DNA of 64,000 nucleotides from Pseudomonadota bacterium (GTDB lineage Bacteria; Pseudomonadota; Gammaproteobacteria; DASZBR01): NCBI GenBank assembly GCA_021777765.1, contig JAJYDF010000008.1, positions 19,022 to 83,021 of the forward strand, read 5' to 3'. Shown piece by piece: positions 63,711 to 64,000 of this stretch (position 1 is its first letter; each line of letters starts with the position of its first letter). The notes under the pieces were generated by a model. It saw only the letters and a program-made list of their open reading frames with translations, ran no database searches and was not told where the DNA came from. The position numbers and the translations under genes were made by a program.

Positions 63711-64000
63711 ATGAAACGTTATGTATTATCTGATTTATTTTCTTTTGTCGCAGTCATTCATGCTGGCAGTTTTACAAAAGCAGCCAAACAGTTGGGCGTC
63801 ACACATTCTGTGTTAAGTAAAAGAATTAAACGTCTCGAAGAACAGCTAAAAATCACATTATTAAACCGCACTACGCGCCAACTCCATTTAACCAGTGCGG
63901 GACAACGTATTTTTCAAGAATGTGAAATGATCAAACATGATTTTGATTCGGTGATATCTAACTTAAATTTATTGAAAGAAGAGCCGCAGGAAATGATTCG
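63711..64000 (+). CDS. LysR-family transcriptional regulator (N-terminal part, runs off the window end)
   Basis: HTH motif AGSFTKAAKQLGVTHSVLSKRIKRLEEQL. Confidence 0.8.
   Translation, partial: MKRYVLSDLFSFVAVIHAGSFTKAAKQLGVTHSVLSKRIKRLEEQLKITLLNRTTRQLHLTSAGQRIFQECEMIKHDFDSVISNLNLLKEEPQEMI

Overview
This 64-kb window is an AT-rich chromosomal segment of a gammaproteobacterium. Assigning it to an intracellular Legionellales-like lineage (Legionella, Coxiella or Rickettsiella-like) is inference from the gene content, not a database hit. The conserved backbone genes are gltX, tRNA-Ala(GGC), tRNA-Glu(UUC), proC, glmU, the complete atpIBEFHAGDC operon, dacB (PBP4), coq7, queF, queC, dapB, ffh, pckA, a cspA-family gene, yggS, rlmB, a HIT-family gene, trhO, ppa, parC, marC, an M50 protease, yedK and a partial LysR-family regulator. 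Between these genes lie several AT-richer accessory islands. The first island flanks the gltX-tRNA locus and holds very large eukaryotic-like proteins of 1460, 805, 1041 and 1471 aa, two of them with ankyrin repeats. A second island holds an RNI-like LRR protein. A third holds 676-aa, 328-aa (ankyrin) and 402-aa proteins. A pair of tandem paralogs sits near the 3' end of the window. There are no rRNA genes, CRISPR arrays, transposases or integrases. The most notable findings are: (i) an RNA-repair cassette (hen1 followed by pnkp, 8-bp overlap) flanked by a perfect 19-bp direct repeat; (ii) Cdc25-homology (RasGEF)-like motifs shared by the 676-aa and 1460-aa proteins; (iii) a HAD-phosphatase-like N-terminus on the 1471-aa ankyrin protein; (iv) three families of small dispersed palindromic (REP/MITE-like) repeats, one inserted between atpD and atpC; (v) a chromosomal ccdAB toxin-antitoxin pair directly upstream of the atp operon; (vi) a cNMP-binding patatin-like phospholipase. 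All functional calls rest on motif recognition by eye in the translations and have not been checked against any database.
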